From an uncultured bacterium (GTDB lineage: Bacteria; Actinomycetota; Acidimicrobiia; Spongiisociales; ZC4RG35): 64,000 nucleotides of DNA. The notes under the pieces were generated by a model. It was not told the origin of the DNA, made no database searches, and worked only from the letters and a program-made list of their open reading frames with translations. Location: positions 107,908-171,907 of the forward strand of contig CAWGTX010000008.1 in assembly GCA_963825585.1 (NCBI GenBank), written 5' to 3'. Shown piece after piece: positions 1 through 9,166 of this stretch; position 1 is the first letter of the stretch, and each line of letters starts with the position of its first letter. Both the position numbers and the translations under genes were made by a program.

Positions 1-813
1 CATCGACTGGCCGGTGTTGGTGGGGGTGGTGTGGTCGTGGCGGAACTCGACCACGTCGCGACCGAAGGCGGACCCGGTCATGATCCCGGCGAAGATGCCG
101 ATCATGAAGTTGAGGCCGGCACCCTTGTAGCCGCCGATCGGGACCAGGAACCCCTCCTCGGCCTTGTTGGGGTCGGTGATCGGGTTGCCATTCATGTCGA
201 TCACCCAGCCCTCGGGCATCTGTCGACCGGCCTGGGCGGCGACCTTGATGGTGCCGTGCGAGGCGACGGTGGTGGCGATGTCGAGTTGGAAGGCCGGCTG
301 GTTGCGGGCCGGGACGGCGATGGCCATCGGGTTGGTGCCGAGCAGCTTCTCGCGTCCACCCCACGGCGGCGTACCGTTGCCGTTGGCGACGGCGAAGTAC
401 ATGGCGCCGAGACCGTGCTCGAGCGCCATCGCCGGGTAGATCCCGGCAGCGCCGGCGTGATTCGAGTTGGTGGTCGCCACCCATCCGATACCGTTGGTGG
501 TTGCCTTCTCGATGGCCACTGCCGCCGCCTTGGTCATCACGACCTGGCCGATGCCGTTGTCGCCGTCGACCAGGCAGCTCACCGGGGTTTCCTTGACCAA
601 CCGGATGTCGGGGTCGAGGTTGTAACCGCCCGCCTGGATCCGCTTGGAGTAGAGCGGGAGTCGGATGAGCCCATGTCCGGAGCGGCCACGGAGGTCGGCC
701 TCGACGAGTCGTGCGGCGGTGACCTGAGCGTGCTCGGGCTTCACACCCTGAGCGGTGAGCACCGAGACGACGAACGAGGAGAGTCCGTCGACGGCGAAGC
801 GGGGATCGCTCAC
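1..813 (-). CDS. Ldh_2 family (malate/L-lactate/sulfolactate-type) dehydrogenase; 3-prime end lies outside the window
   Basis: Not in the ORF track because it runs off the edge. My minus-strand translation from GTG at 813 reads VSDPRFAVDGLSSFVVSVLTAQGVKPEHAQVTAARLVEADLRGRSGHGLIRLPLYSKRIQAGG...TNSNHAGAAGIYPAMALEHGLGAMYFAVANG...HGTIKVAAQAGRQMPEGW. GTGA overlap with the cupin stop (810-813). Confidence 0.8.
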   Translation of the reverse strand, partial: MSDPRFAVDGLSSFVVSVLTAQGVKPEHAQVTAARLVEADLRGRSGHGLIRLPLYSKRIQAGGYNLDPDIRLVKETPVSCLVDGDNGIGQVVMTKAAAVAIEKATTNGIGWVATTNSNHAGAAGIYPAMALEHGLGAMYFAVANGNGTPPWGGREKLLGTNPMAIAVPARNQPAFQLDIATTVASHGTIKVAAQAGRQMPEGWVIDMNGNPITDPNKAEEGFLVPIGGYKGAGLNFMIGIFAGIMTGSAFGRDVVEFRHDHTTPTNTGQSM

Positions 814-1202
814 TTCGTGATCCTCCCGAACTGGTCGACCGTCTCACCGGTCTCGAAGAACGTGCGGGTCACATAGGTCGACCCGTACACCCACAGGATC
901 CGCATGGGGGTGTCGCCGGTGTTCACCCACCGGTGCCACACGCCGGCTGGGACATCGCTGGTGTCGTACGGCACCACGTCGTACTTCCTGCCGTCGACCT
1001 CGGCCATCGCCTCACCCTCCAACAGGGTCACCTGTTCGACGGTGTTGTGGCAGTGCAACGCCAGCCCGGTGCCCGGCGGGAACGACGTGGTGCCCATGAT
1101 GAAGGTCTGACCGTCCACCGGTTCCGGCGTCAGCTGCACGCTGACGATCTTGTCCCCCCGCTCGATGAGCGGTGCTTCTGCGTATCGAATCAGTTCAGGC
1201 AT
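810..1202 (-). CDS. cupin domain protein
   Basis: ORF track, 130 aa. Cupin-like motifs GLALHCHNTVEQVTLLEGE and PAGVWHRWVNTGD. Translationally coupled to the downstream Ldh_2 gene. Confidence 0.75.
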   Translation of the reverse strand: MPELIRYAEAPLIERGDKIVSVQLTPEPVDGQTFIMGTTSFPPGTGLALHCHNTVEQVTLLEGEAMAEVDGRKYDVVPYDTSDVPAGVWHRWVNTGDTPMRILWVYGSTYVTRTFFETGETVDQFGRITK

Positions 1203-1226
1203 GTTCGAACCTTTCTACCGGACGGT

Positions 1227-1333
1227 GCAGCGAGGAGCGAGGAGCGAGGAGCCGGAAACCCGTTGGAACGAGATCAGCGCTCACCTCGGACGGACCGGAT
1301 TGTCGGCGTTCTGGCTCCTCGCCCCTCGCCCCC
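1227..1333. repeat. heptamer-armed hairpin element: (CGAGGAG)3 left arm, inverted CGAGGGG/CGAGGAG right arm, about 60-nt core
   Basis: Left arm gcagcgaggagcgaggagcgaggagcc (1227-1253). Right arm ggctcctcgcccctcgccccc (1313-1333). The arms are reverse complements with one mismatch near the loop. Confidence 0.8.
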
Positions 1334-1348
1334 GACTCCTTACAGGCG

Positions 1349-2098
1349 TCACCCCATGTACCTCCCGCCGTTCACCCCGATCGTCTGGCCGGTGGCGAAA
1401 CCGGCCTCGGCGGTGGCCAGGAAGAGGATCCAGCTGGCGAGCTCGTCCGTCTGCTGATAGCGACCCATGGGGATCGACCGTGCGGTGGCCTCACGCTCGT
1501 CTTCGTCGCGGAGTTGGATGATGCGCTCGGTGAGCACCGCCGACGGGGCGATGGCGTTCACGGTGATGCCTTCGGCGGCGAGCTCTGATGCCATCACCCG
1601 GGTGAGGGAGTGGACACCGGCCTTGGCGGCCGCGTAGGGCGGTGAGGTGCGGTAGGAGGTGAGCTGGCCTGCCAGCGAGCCGATGTTGATGATCCGACCG
1701 GACTCGGACTTGCGAAGCATCGGCACCGCCGCACGCGACATCATGAACACCGAGGTGAGGTTGAGGTGGATCAGCTTCTGCCACTCGTCGAGGCCCATCT
1801 CCTCGGTGGTCCGTTGGGTTCCGAATCCGCCGGCATTGTTCACCAGCACGTCCAGGCGGCCGTGGGCGGCCTCGATCGTTGCCAACGCTTCGGTGATCGA
1901 GTCGGCCGAGGTGACGTCGCAGCGCAGGAACGTGCCCACCCCGTCGGCAGCGGCTCGGCCGTTGGTCTCGTCGATGTCGAGCAGGTAGGTGTCGGCGCCT
2001 GCGGCCGAGAACGCCTCGGCGGCTGCCTTGCCGATGCCGATGGCGGCGCCGGTCACGGCCACCACCGTGCCGTCGAAACGGAACTGAAGATTGCTCAC
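1349..2098 (-). CDS. SDR family oxidoreductase
   Basis: Inner part of ORF 1349..2185. GTG at 2098 is preceded by GAGGAGAG. TGAAIGIGKAAA glycine motif, NNAG, and YxxxK (YAAAKAG). Confidence 0.85.
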   Translation of the reverse strand: MSNLQFRFDGTVVAVTGAAIGIGKAAAEAFSAAGADTYLLDIDETNGRAAADGVGTFLRCDVTSADSITEALATIEAAHGRLDVLVNNAGGFGTQRTTEEMGLDEWQKLIHLNLTSVFMMSRAAVPMLRKSESGRIINIGSLAGQLTSYRTSPPYAAAKAGVHSLTRVMASELAAEGITVNAIAPSAVLTERIIQLRDEDEREATARSIPMGRYQQTDELASWILFLATAEAGFATGQTIGVNGGRYMG

Positions 2099-2221
2099 GG
2101 ACTCTCCTCGAATCGGCCTGTGCCGCGGGTCTCTGTTATACAGACATCGGCGTGCGTTACATGGACTGGATCGTATATGATGCACGATCTAGATGAAGGT
2201 CGCGTAAGGGAGCCTGTGCAC

Positions 2222-3451
2222 ATGTCCGATACGCCGTGGAAGACCGATCAGTGGTTCTCGAGCCCGTGGAACTACCTGCCAGAGGTCACCGAGGGATTCC
2301 AGATCCCGAACGAAGTCCAGGTTCACGACGTCACCCTGCGTGACGGTGAACAGCAGGCCGGGGTCGAATTCTCGTCCGACGACAAGGTCCGGATCGCCGA
2401 GGCACTCGCCGAATCCGGTATTCATCGCATCGAAGCCGGTCTTCCCGCCGTCTCGCCCGCCGACCGGGCTGCCATCGAACGGATGGTGGAGCTCAACCTC
2501 CCCACCGAGATCTACGCCTTCTCGCGTTGCATGGTCTCGGACGTCGACCTCGCCATCGCCTGCGGTGTCAAAGGTGTCGTCATGGAGGTGCCGGCCAGCC
2601 ATCACCTCATCGAGAAGGCATACAAGTGGCCGATCGAAAAGGCCATCGACGCATCGATCCAGTCCACCAAGCACGCCCACGAGAACGGCCTGCAGGTCAC
2701 GTTCTTCCCGATCGACGCCACCCGCGCTTCGATGACCGAACTGCTCGACGACCTGGAGACGGTCGCCACCCAAGGACATGTCGACAAGATCGCCCTCGTC
2801 GACACCTTCGGCGTCACGTCGCCCCACGCCATCAGCTACTACACCAAGCGGGTGCGCGAACGCCTCAACGTGCCGCTCGAAACCCACTTCCACATGGACT
2901 TCGGCATGGGTGTCGCCAACACCGCGTTGGCCGTCGCCGAGGGCGCGTCGGTGATCCACACCACCGTCAGCGGCATCGGCGAGCGGGCGGGTAACGCCCC
3001 CACCGAAGAGACGGTGTTGGCGCTGCTCACCATGTACGGGATCGACATGGGGATCGACACCACCAAGTTCACCAGCATCGCCCGCCTCGTCGCCGAACTC
3101 TCAGGCGTGCAGCAGCCCGCCAACCGGCCCATCACCGGCGACATGCTCTACAACGTGGAGTCGGGCATCATCACCACCTGGGTCAAGAACGTCGGCGACG
3201 ACCTGCTCGAGCCGTTCCCCTACCGGCCCGAACTGGTCGGCCAGGCCCCGCCGAAGATCGTGCTCGGCAAGGGCTCGGGACTCGACTCGGTGGCGATCTG
3301 GCTGGGACACCATGGCATCTACGACGCCGAGACCTCCGACATCGAGACCATCCTGGCCGAGGTCAAGGGCGTCTCGCTCGCCAAGAAGGGTTTGCTCACC
3401 GAGGACGAGTTCCTCGACATCGTCCGGGAAGTCCTCCCGGGTCGTGTCTGA
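2222..3451 (+). CDS. HMGL-like (DRE-TIM metallolyase) enzyme, homocitrate/2-isopropylmalate synthase-like
   Basis: Inner part of ORF 1766..3451. ATG 2222 is preceded by TAAGGGAG. Motifs [27 protein letters not shown] and [13 protein letters not shown]. Confidence 0.8.
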   Translation: MSDTPWKTDQWFSSPWNYLPEVTEGFQIPNEVQVHDVTLRDGEQQAGVEFSSDDKVRIAEALAESGIHRIEAGLPAVSPADRAAIERMVELNLPTEIYAFSRCMVSDVDLAIACGVKGVVMEVPASHHLIEKAYKWPIEKAIDASIQSTKHAHENGLQVTFFPIDATRASMTELLDDLETVATQGHVDKIALVDTFGVTSPHAISYYTKRVRERLNVPLETHFHMDFGMGVANTALAVAEGASVIHTTVSGIGERAGNAPTEETVLALLTMYGIDMGIDTTKFTSIARLVAELSGVQQPANRPITGDMLYNVESGIITTWVKNVGDDLLEPFPYRPELVGQAPPKIVLGKGSGLDSVAIWLGHHGIYDAETSDIETILAEVKGVSLAKKGLLTEDEFLDIVREVLPGRV

Positions 3452-3499
3452 GCACCGCAGGTTGCACGCACAGGACGGCAAGGAAAGGAATACCACGGT

Positions 3500-4738
3500 A
3501 TGAGAGAGGCATTCTTCGGCCTCAGCACCGACTGGAAGGAAGGCATCAACTGGGCGAACGTCCGGGATTGGCGCCTGAAGCGGGCCCATGCGGAGATGGA
3601 GAAGGCCGGCCTCGGTGCCCTCCTTCTCTTCTACGACGAGAACATGCGCTACGTGTCCTCGACGCTGACCCCGGGCTGGAACCGGCTCAAGCAGGGTCTG
3701 CGCTACGTGGTCCTTCCCGCCGGCAAGGCCCCCATCGTCTACGAGCAGGGTGACATCGGTTTCCACCTCAAGGTCCACAACCCGTGGATCCCCGAGGAGA
3801 ACATCCGTCACTCCTACGTGTGGATCAAGGGCGCGGTCGGACCGGCCGCCGAGCAGCAGGTGAACAAGTTCGTCAACGCGTTGATGAACGACCTGGAAGA
3901 AGCCGGTGTGTCCGACAAGCCGATCGGCGTGGACTTCATCGACATCAACCTGATGCGTGAGTTCGAGAAACGCAACATCAGCTGGACCGATGGCATGACG
4001 CCGATGATGAACGCCCGGGCCGTCAAGAGCCCCGACGAGATCAAGGCGTTCTCGATCGTCGGTGCCATCTGCGACTACGTGCACTACGAGATCACGCACT
4101 TCATCAAGCCGGGCATGACCGAGAATCAGGTCGCCGCCTTCGGTTTCGAGAAGCTCTACTCGATCCCGGGTATGGAGGATGTCGAGGACGTCATCGTGTC
4201 GTCGGGCCCCAACGCCTGGCCGAACTGGCGCAACTTCTCCGACCGGATGATCCGACCGGGAGAGTTGGTCATCGTCGACCTGGCCGCACTCACCTGGAAC
4301 GGCTTCAAGTCGTGCTGCTATCGGACCTACTGCGTCGGTGGCAAGCCCACCGACGAGATGCAGGCCACCTACGACGCCGCTCACACGTGGCTGTGGGACT
4401 CCATCGAGATGGTCAAGCCCGGTGTGACCACCAAGGACGTGGCCGAGAAGTGGCCATCGGCGCAGGAGGCCTGGGGTTATCACGAAGAGGATCAGGCTGC
4501 CGCCAACAACTGGGGCCACGGCCTCGGTTTGGCGCAGTACGACCCACCCGTGATCAGCCGCATCTGGTCGCTCGACCATCCGGTCGAGATCCTCGAAGGT
4601 ATGACCTTCGCCCTCGAGACCCAGAACGGCAAGCTGCATGACCATGGCGTGCGCCTGGAGGAGATGCTCTACGTGACCAAGACCGGTTACGAGATGGTCA
4701 CCACGTACAAGCAGCACGAGATCATCTGCACCGACTGA
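3500..4738 (+). CDS. M24 family (creatinase / Xaa-Pro peptidase / DddP-like fold) hydrolase
   Basis: ORF track, 412 aa. Pita-bread fold signatures: KSPDEIKAF, HGLGL, and GMTFALET...RLEEMLYVT. Paralogous to 21693..22913. Confidence 0.75.
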   Translation: MREAFFGLSTDWKEGINWANVRDWRLKRAHAEMEKAGLGALLLFYDENMRYVSSTLTPGWNRLKQGLRYVVLPAGKAPIVYEQGDIGFHLKVHNPWIPEENIRHSYVWIKGAVGPAAEQQVNKFVNALMNDLEEAGVSDKPIGVDFIDINLMREFEKRNISWTDGMTPMMNARAVKSPDEIKAFSIVGAICDYVHYEITHFIKPGMTENQVAAFGFEKLYSIPGMEDVEDVIVSSGPNAWPNWRNFSDRMIRPGELVIVDLAALTWNGFKSCCYRTYCVGGKPTDEMQATYDAAHTWLWDSIEMVKPGVTTKDVAEKWPSAQEAWGYHEEDQAAANNWGHGLGLAQYDPPVISRIWSLDHPVEILEGMTFALETQNGKLHDHGVRLEEMLYVTKTGYEMVTTYKQHEIICTD

Positions 4739-4764
4739 TCCGGTTTCGGATCCAGAACCGAAGA

Positions 4765-4797
4765 GGGCCGCCTGCCGTCCGGCAGGCGGCCCTTTTG
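4765..4797 (+). terminator. rho-independent terminator
   Basis: gggccgcctgcc-gtcc-ggcaggcggccc gives a perfect 12-bp stem followed by TTTTG, 27 nt after the stop at 4738. Confidence 0.8.
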
Positions 4798-5012
4798 TGT
4801 CACAGCTCGTGCTTCCCTGCAAGACGTCCGATCCTTGACCTGTTCGACGGCAGGATCGACCCGGACAGGCCAGTGCGACCCGCTTCGCTCAGCGGCGTCC
4901 CCGCTATCGACCACGTTGGAAACGAACAACCCCATGCTGATTCCGGGGAGAGCCGCAGGCTCACCCGCCCGCGTCTTGTGGGGGGAGGGGCGGGCGCGTA
5001 TGGTCGTGGGCC

Positions 5013-6722
5013 ATGGAGACGATCCCACCTGCCGCTGCCGAGATCTCTCGATACGAGGTGCTCGACCTCGACGATGTGAGATGTCTCGACCCTGGAGTGG
5101 GTGGGGCCAAGGCAGCGTGGTTGGCGAGGGGAAAGCAGGCTGGGCTGGCGGTTCTTCCGGGGGTGGTGGTGCCGGCTCCGGCCTCGAAGAAGCCGATGGC
5201 GCATGGCGTCGAGGTGATGGGAATGCGGGGGTCGGGTGGCGCAAGGCTCGCCATGAGTCAGGAGCCGCTCGCCATCGGGTTGTCGGAGGCGATTCTCGCC
5301 GCCACCGCCGACATGCCGGAGCCGATGGTGGTGCGCTCGTCGAGCATTCTCGAGGGCACGGGTGAATGGTCGGGTGCGTTCACGTCGTATCTGGAGATCT
5401 TCCACGGAGAAGTCGAGACGGCGGTCCGGGGATGCTGGGCGTCGGCGTTCACCGTGCACACGTTGGAACGGTACGAGGCGGCCCGGCTGGAGCCGGGGTC
5501 GGCGCCGATGGCGGTGCTCATCCAACCTGCGCTGGTTCCCGATTTCGGGGGTACGGGGCGTCTGAGCGGTGATGACGTGATCGTGGTTGGTGTGGCCGGT
5601 TCGCCTGCGCCGCTCGTGCAGGGTTGGGAGCCGGGGGTCCATGCCCGTGTGGCCGTTTCGGGCGCCGTGTCGGGTGAGCCGGCGGTGGATCTGATGGGGG
5701 CGGCTCTGCTCGCCGATGTGGCCGCTCTGATGCGGCGTGCACACGAACTGGTGGGTGCCAACACGATGGAGTGGGCCGTGGTGGGCGACGACCTGTGGGT
5801 GCTGCAGCTGATGCGTGCTGCCGAGAGTGCCGACGACGCCATCGACATGCCGGCCGAACTGGCGAGTCCAACTGCCGCTCGTCTCGCCCGGGCGGTGCGC
5901 CGGGCGCCCGGGCCGTTGGGTGAGGCGTTGGTGCTTCCGTGGGCGATCGCCGATCCGGAGCGTTTCCTCGAGCCCGTCGAGCCGATCGACATCGACCCGG
6001 TCGAGGCCCTTCGTGAGGCGCTCGAACATTCGAGGGCGCTGACGGCCGAAGTGTGGGGGGTGGCCAAGCCGATCGCCGTCTCACGGGCGAGCGACACCCT
6101 GCGTGGTCTGCGCAGCAGTGAGCCCGGCGAGGCCCTCGCCGCCGTCGAAGCGTTGCGTCCCCCTGACCCGGAGCGTGCCCTTCTCGTGTTGGGGATGTTG
6201 GCACAGGTTCGGCGTACGCTCGTGGCCGCCGGGGCGGTGAGCCGCCCCGAACTGGCCTGGCACGTGGAACTGAACGACATCGGTCGGATCCTCGCCGCCG
6301 GCAGGGCCGACAAGCTGCGTGACCGAATCGGGTTCGATCGATGGGAGCCTTTCGATGTCGCCGTGGTGATGAGCCACGGGTCGTTCAGCGAGGGTTTGGG
6401 CGCAGCCCCGGGCCTGGCGGTTGGTCGTCTCTGTTTCGTGTCGGACCCCTACGACGTCCCGCACTTCCGCCCGCGTGACGTGGTCGTGGGGACCCACCCG
6501 CTGCCGAACCTGGCCGCGCTGTTGTGGGACGCTTCGGCACTCATCACCACCGGTGGAGGCCCCGGCGCCCACCTGTTCGAGTCGGCCAGGGCGTTGGGGA
6601 TTCCCGCGGTGTGTGCCGTCCATCTCGACGAGGCGCTCGGCTCGGATCTGGGAGTTGCGAACGAGAGATTCTCGGTCGCCGTCGACGGCACCACCGGGCG
6701 GGTCGCAGTCACCCGCTGGTGA
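5013..6722 (+). CDS. PEP-utilising enzyme family protein (ATP-grasp-like PPDK_N region plus C-terminal swivel phosphohistidine domain)
   Basis: ORF track, 569 aa. N-terminal GGAKAAWLARGKQAGLAVLPG. C-terminal TTGGGPGAHLFESARALGIPAV (conserved His). Possible promoter: TTGTGG 4976-4981, 17 nt spacer, TATGGT 4999-5004. Confidence 0.7.
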   Translation: METIPPAAAEISRYEVLDLDDVRCLDPGVGGAKAAWLARGKQAGLAVLPGVVVPAPASKKPMAHGVEVMGMRGSGGARLAMSQEPLAIGLSEAILAATADMPEPMVVRSSSILEGTGEWSGAFTSYLEIFHGEVETAVRGCWASAFTVHTLERYEAARLEPGSAPMAVLIQPALVPDFGGTGRLSGDDVIVVGVAGSPAPLVQGWEPGVHARVAVSGAVSGEPAVDLMGAALLADVAALMRRAHELVGANTMEWAVVGDDLWVLQLMRAAESADDAIDMPAELASPTAARLARAVRRAPGPLGEALVLPWAIADPERFLEPVEPIDIDPVEALREALEHSRALTAEVWGVAKPIAVSRASDTLRGLRSSEPGEALAAVEALRPPDPERALLVLGMLAQVRRTLVAAGAVSRPELAWHVELNDIGRILAAGRADKLRDRIGFDRWEPFDVAVVMSHGSFSEGLGAAPGLAVGRLCFVSDPYDVPHFRPRDVVVGTHPLPNLAALLWDASALITTGGGPGAHLFESARALGIPAVCAVHLDEALGSDLGVANERFSVAVDGTTGRVAVTRW

Positions 6723-6730
6723 CCCCACAG

Positions 6731-6847
6731 CGAGGGGTTGGGAGCGAGGGGCGAGGGGAAGACCGGCACGCTCTTTGCAGCACGTCAACGTGGCCGGGGC
6801 GCCGGCAGCCTTCCGCCTCTTCGCTCTCAGCTCCCAGCCCCTCGCCG
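6731..6847. repeat. heptamer-armed hairpin element (CGAGGGG type) between convergent genes
   Basis: Left arm gcgaggggttgggagcgaggggcgagggg. Right arm cgctctcagctcccagcccctcgcc. 14 of 15 positions are complementary in the best segment. Confidence 0.7.
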
Positions 6848-6857
6848 TCGCCGGCGG

Positions 6858-7841
6858 TCAGCTGTCGAGCTTGCGCAGCTCGGGCAGGACTTCGGTCTTC
6901 ATGATGTCGAGTACACGGTCGGGGTTGGTCGAGGCGACCTGGATCGACACGTAGTCGGCGCCCACATCGGTCACCAGTTCGGCGTAGGCGTCGATGAGAC
7001 CGCCGACGTCATGGACGATGGTGTACTTGTCGAGGATCTCGTCACGGTCCATTGCGTCGGCCCGTTCACGCAGCACCATCGGGTCGACCGCCTCCAGCCT
7101 GCCCTCGGCACGCAGGCCACGCATGGTCCCCAGCGCCTCCCACGCCTCGTTCCGGTCCTCGGCGAACACGGTCCAGCGGGTAGCCAGCACCGTCCCGGCG
7201 TTGCCATGCTCTGCCGATGAAGCCTTGAACGGGTCGATGACCTTCTCGATGGTCTCGGCCGGGTTCTTCACCGAGGTGATCAGACCGTCGGCCCGCCGTC
7301 CCGCGAAGGTGGCCGACTGTGGCCCACCGGCTGCCATCAGGATGGGCAGCTTGCCCAGCGGCGGCGAGTAGAGCTTGGCCTTGTCGGTGGTGTACCAGTC
7401 GCCCTGGAAGTCGAGCTTCTCGCCGGCGAAGAGGCGGTGCATGATCTCGAGCGCCTCCCGCATCCGGTTGATGCGCTCTTTGTAATCGCCGAACTCGTAT
7501 CCGAGCGGGCCTTCGTTGATGTTCTCGCCGGTGCCGACACCGAGCAGGAACTTGCCACCCGAAAGCCGGTCCACGGTGGCGGCCGCCTGGGCGATCAGGC
7601 CCGGGTGGTAGTGGTACAGCGGGCAGGTGACAGAGGTGGCCATCTCCAGATCGGTCCGGGCGGCGACGGTGCCGAGCCAGGTCCACACGAACCCGGCGGC
7701 GGACTGGTCGTCGACCCAGGGGTGGAAGTGGTCCGACGCCAGGACCATGTCGAAGCCGGCCTCCTCGGCGCGGACCGCCTGGTCGACCAGCACTTCGGGC
7801 TGATACGACTCGTGGCTGCACAGCCAACCGAACTTCACCAT
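6858..7841 (-). CDS. LLM class F420-dependent oxidoreductase (G6PDH-like subfamily)
   Basis: ORF track, 327 aa. MVKFGWLCSHESYQPEVLVDQAVRAEEAGFD...SDHFHPW...LGVGTGE are typical luciferase-like monooxygenase motifs. Confidence 0.85.
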   Translation of the reverse strand: MVKFGWLCSHESYQPEVLVDQAVRAEEAGFDMVLASDHFHPWVDDQSAAGFVWTWLGTVAARTDLEMATSVTCPLYHYHPGLIAQAAATVDRLSGGKFLLGVGTGENINEGPLGYEFGDYKERINRMREALEIMHRLFAGEKLDFQGDWYTTDKAKLYSPPLGKLPILMAAGGPQSATFAGRRADGLITSVKNPAETIEKVIDPFKASSAEHGNAGTVLATRWTVFAEDRNEAWEALGTMRGLRAEGRLEAVDPMVLRERADAMDRDEILDKYTIVHDVGGLIDAYAELVTDVGADYVSIQVASTNPDRVLDIMKTEVLPELRKLDS

Positions 7842-7921
7842 CAGGGCCTCCTTGGACGTTGACGAACGAGCCTATCGGCGGATCGTTTCCTGGAAACAAT
7901 CCGAAACGGCGAGGGGTATGG

Positions 7922-8176
7922 TCACTCGCCCCCGACCAGCTCCCGGTACTTCTCGAGTGCCTTGCGGTGGCTCTTCGCCCCCGACCCCAGCATTCCGCCG
8001 CTGCGAACCTCCTTGGCGACGTCCTCGAGATGCTCCAGCATCTCGTAGACATCATCCATCGGCCCCGCGGTGCTCACCCGTTGCACCGCCTCGAGCACCC
8101 GCCCGTACTGCTCACGGAAATTCTCGTACTCCTGCTCCACGTTCCGGCGGGCATCTTCGATCGCTGGATTCGACAT
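7922..8176 (-). CDS. small conserved-looking hypothetical protein (84 aa, helical)
   Basis: Inner ATG at 8176 of ORF 7922..8320. MSNPAIEDARRNVEQEYENFREQYGRVLEAV... A TATGGT -10-like hexamer ends 7 nt before the ATG, so the mRNA may be leaderless. Confidence 0.5.
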   Translation of the reverse strand: MSNPAIEDARRNVEQEYENFREQYGRVLEAVQRVSTAGPMDDVYEMLEHLEDVAKEVRSGGMLGSGAKSHRKALEKYRELVGGE

Positions 8177-8276
8177 ACGCGAACCATACCGCCGGGCGAG
8201 CCTGGCGGCTCGCCCACGCGTGGAGTTACGTGGGGCCTCGCACACGTCTGATGGCGTGCGGTGGCCCGTACAGGAA

Positions 8277-8390
8277 GCGAGCCCCTGGGCGAGCGACCGA
8301 ATACAGCTCGGCGAGTGCAACGAGCCGGCGAATACAGCGAGCCCCTCTGGGGCGAGCGAATACGGCGAGCCCGCCAGGGCGAGCTACGCG
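8277..8390. repeat. four tandem direct repeats of about 30 nt (GCGAGCCC-N-GGCGAGCGAATACRG)
   Basis: Units at 8277-8306, 8307-8337, 8338-8365 and 8366-8390. The last unit overlaps the cyclase stop codon. Confidence 0.7.
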
Positions 8391-9070
8391 ACGATGGCTA
8401 CCGCCCGCGTGGGGCCGCCGTGGGCGCCGATGACTTTGAGGGGGAATCCGGCGAAGGTGAAGCGGGTGCCGACGACTTCGGTGAGGATCAGGTTCTCGTA
8501 GTGGGTGATGTGTTCGCGGCGGCACATCATGTGGACGGGGTAGCTGTTGGAGGTGGGGTTGTCGGGGGTGGGGGAGTCGACCCCGAACGTCTTGATTCCC
8601 TTGGCGACGATCCATTCGGCAGCTTCGGCGCCGAGTCCGGCGAAATTGGAGAGGTACTCCTTCTTGCCGGCGTACTTGTCGTAGGTGCCGGTGTAGAAGA
8701 AGCACATGTCGCCGGGTTGCACTTCGAGTCCCGCTTTGGCGAGCCCGGCCTCGATGTCGGCGACGGTGATGTCGGTCTCCTCTGCAACGCCGGAGACGTC
8801 GATGCAGAGGGCGGGACCGTAGAACAGGTCGAGGGCCATCTGGTCGATGGTGGGAGCGGAAGGGTCGGGGTCGAGGTGGCTGAACGAGTCGACGTGGGTC
8901 GGCCCGTTGTCGTTGAGCATGAAACCGAGCGTCTGGAAGCTGAACCCGCCCACAAACCGGGGTGCCGTCTCCTCATGGGTTGCGTGCTGGAAGGTGACGG
9001 TCTTCAGATGCCCCGGGTACACCTTCATCTCTTCGTAGATCGGCTGCGATAGATCGATCAGTCTGCTCAT
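8384..9070 (-). CDS. cyclase family protein (kynurenine formamidase-like fold)
   Basis: ORF track, 228 aa. GPTHVDSFSHL metal-binding-type motif. Confidence 0.8.
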   Translation of the reverse strand: MSRLIDLSQPIYEEMKVYPGHLKTVTFQHATHEETAPRFVGGFSFQTLGFMLNDNGPTHVDSFSHLDPDPSAPTIDQMALDLFYGPALCIDVSGVAEETDITVADIEAGLAKAGLEVQPGDMCFFYTGTYDKYAGKKEYLSNFAGLGAEAAEWIVAKGIKTFGVDSPTPDNPTSNSYPVHMMCRREHITHYENLILTEVVGTRFTFAGFPLKVIGAHGGPTRAVAIVA

Positions 9071-9166
9071 TGCGTTCTCCTTGCCTTGTGTCTTCCTGCC
9101 AGCTGCCAGCTGTTAGCTGCCAGCCAGACTCGAACTCGCTCCTCGCCAGTAGCCAGTAGCTGCTCT

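Noticed and set aside
3101-4822. A 573-aa minus-strand ORF. Similar long ORFs opposite to or overlapping recognised genes include 31..876, 4800..6029, 5258..6313, 16933..18357, 43269..43889, 51806..53383 and 55763..57073.
   Set aside because: These are typical high-GC shadow ORFs. Their translations are Arg/Gly/Pro/His-rich and low in complexity, with no recognisable motifs. The opposite or overlapping frame encodes a clearly recognisable protein family.
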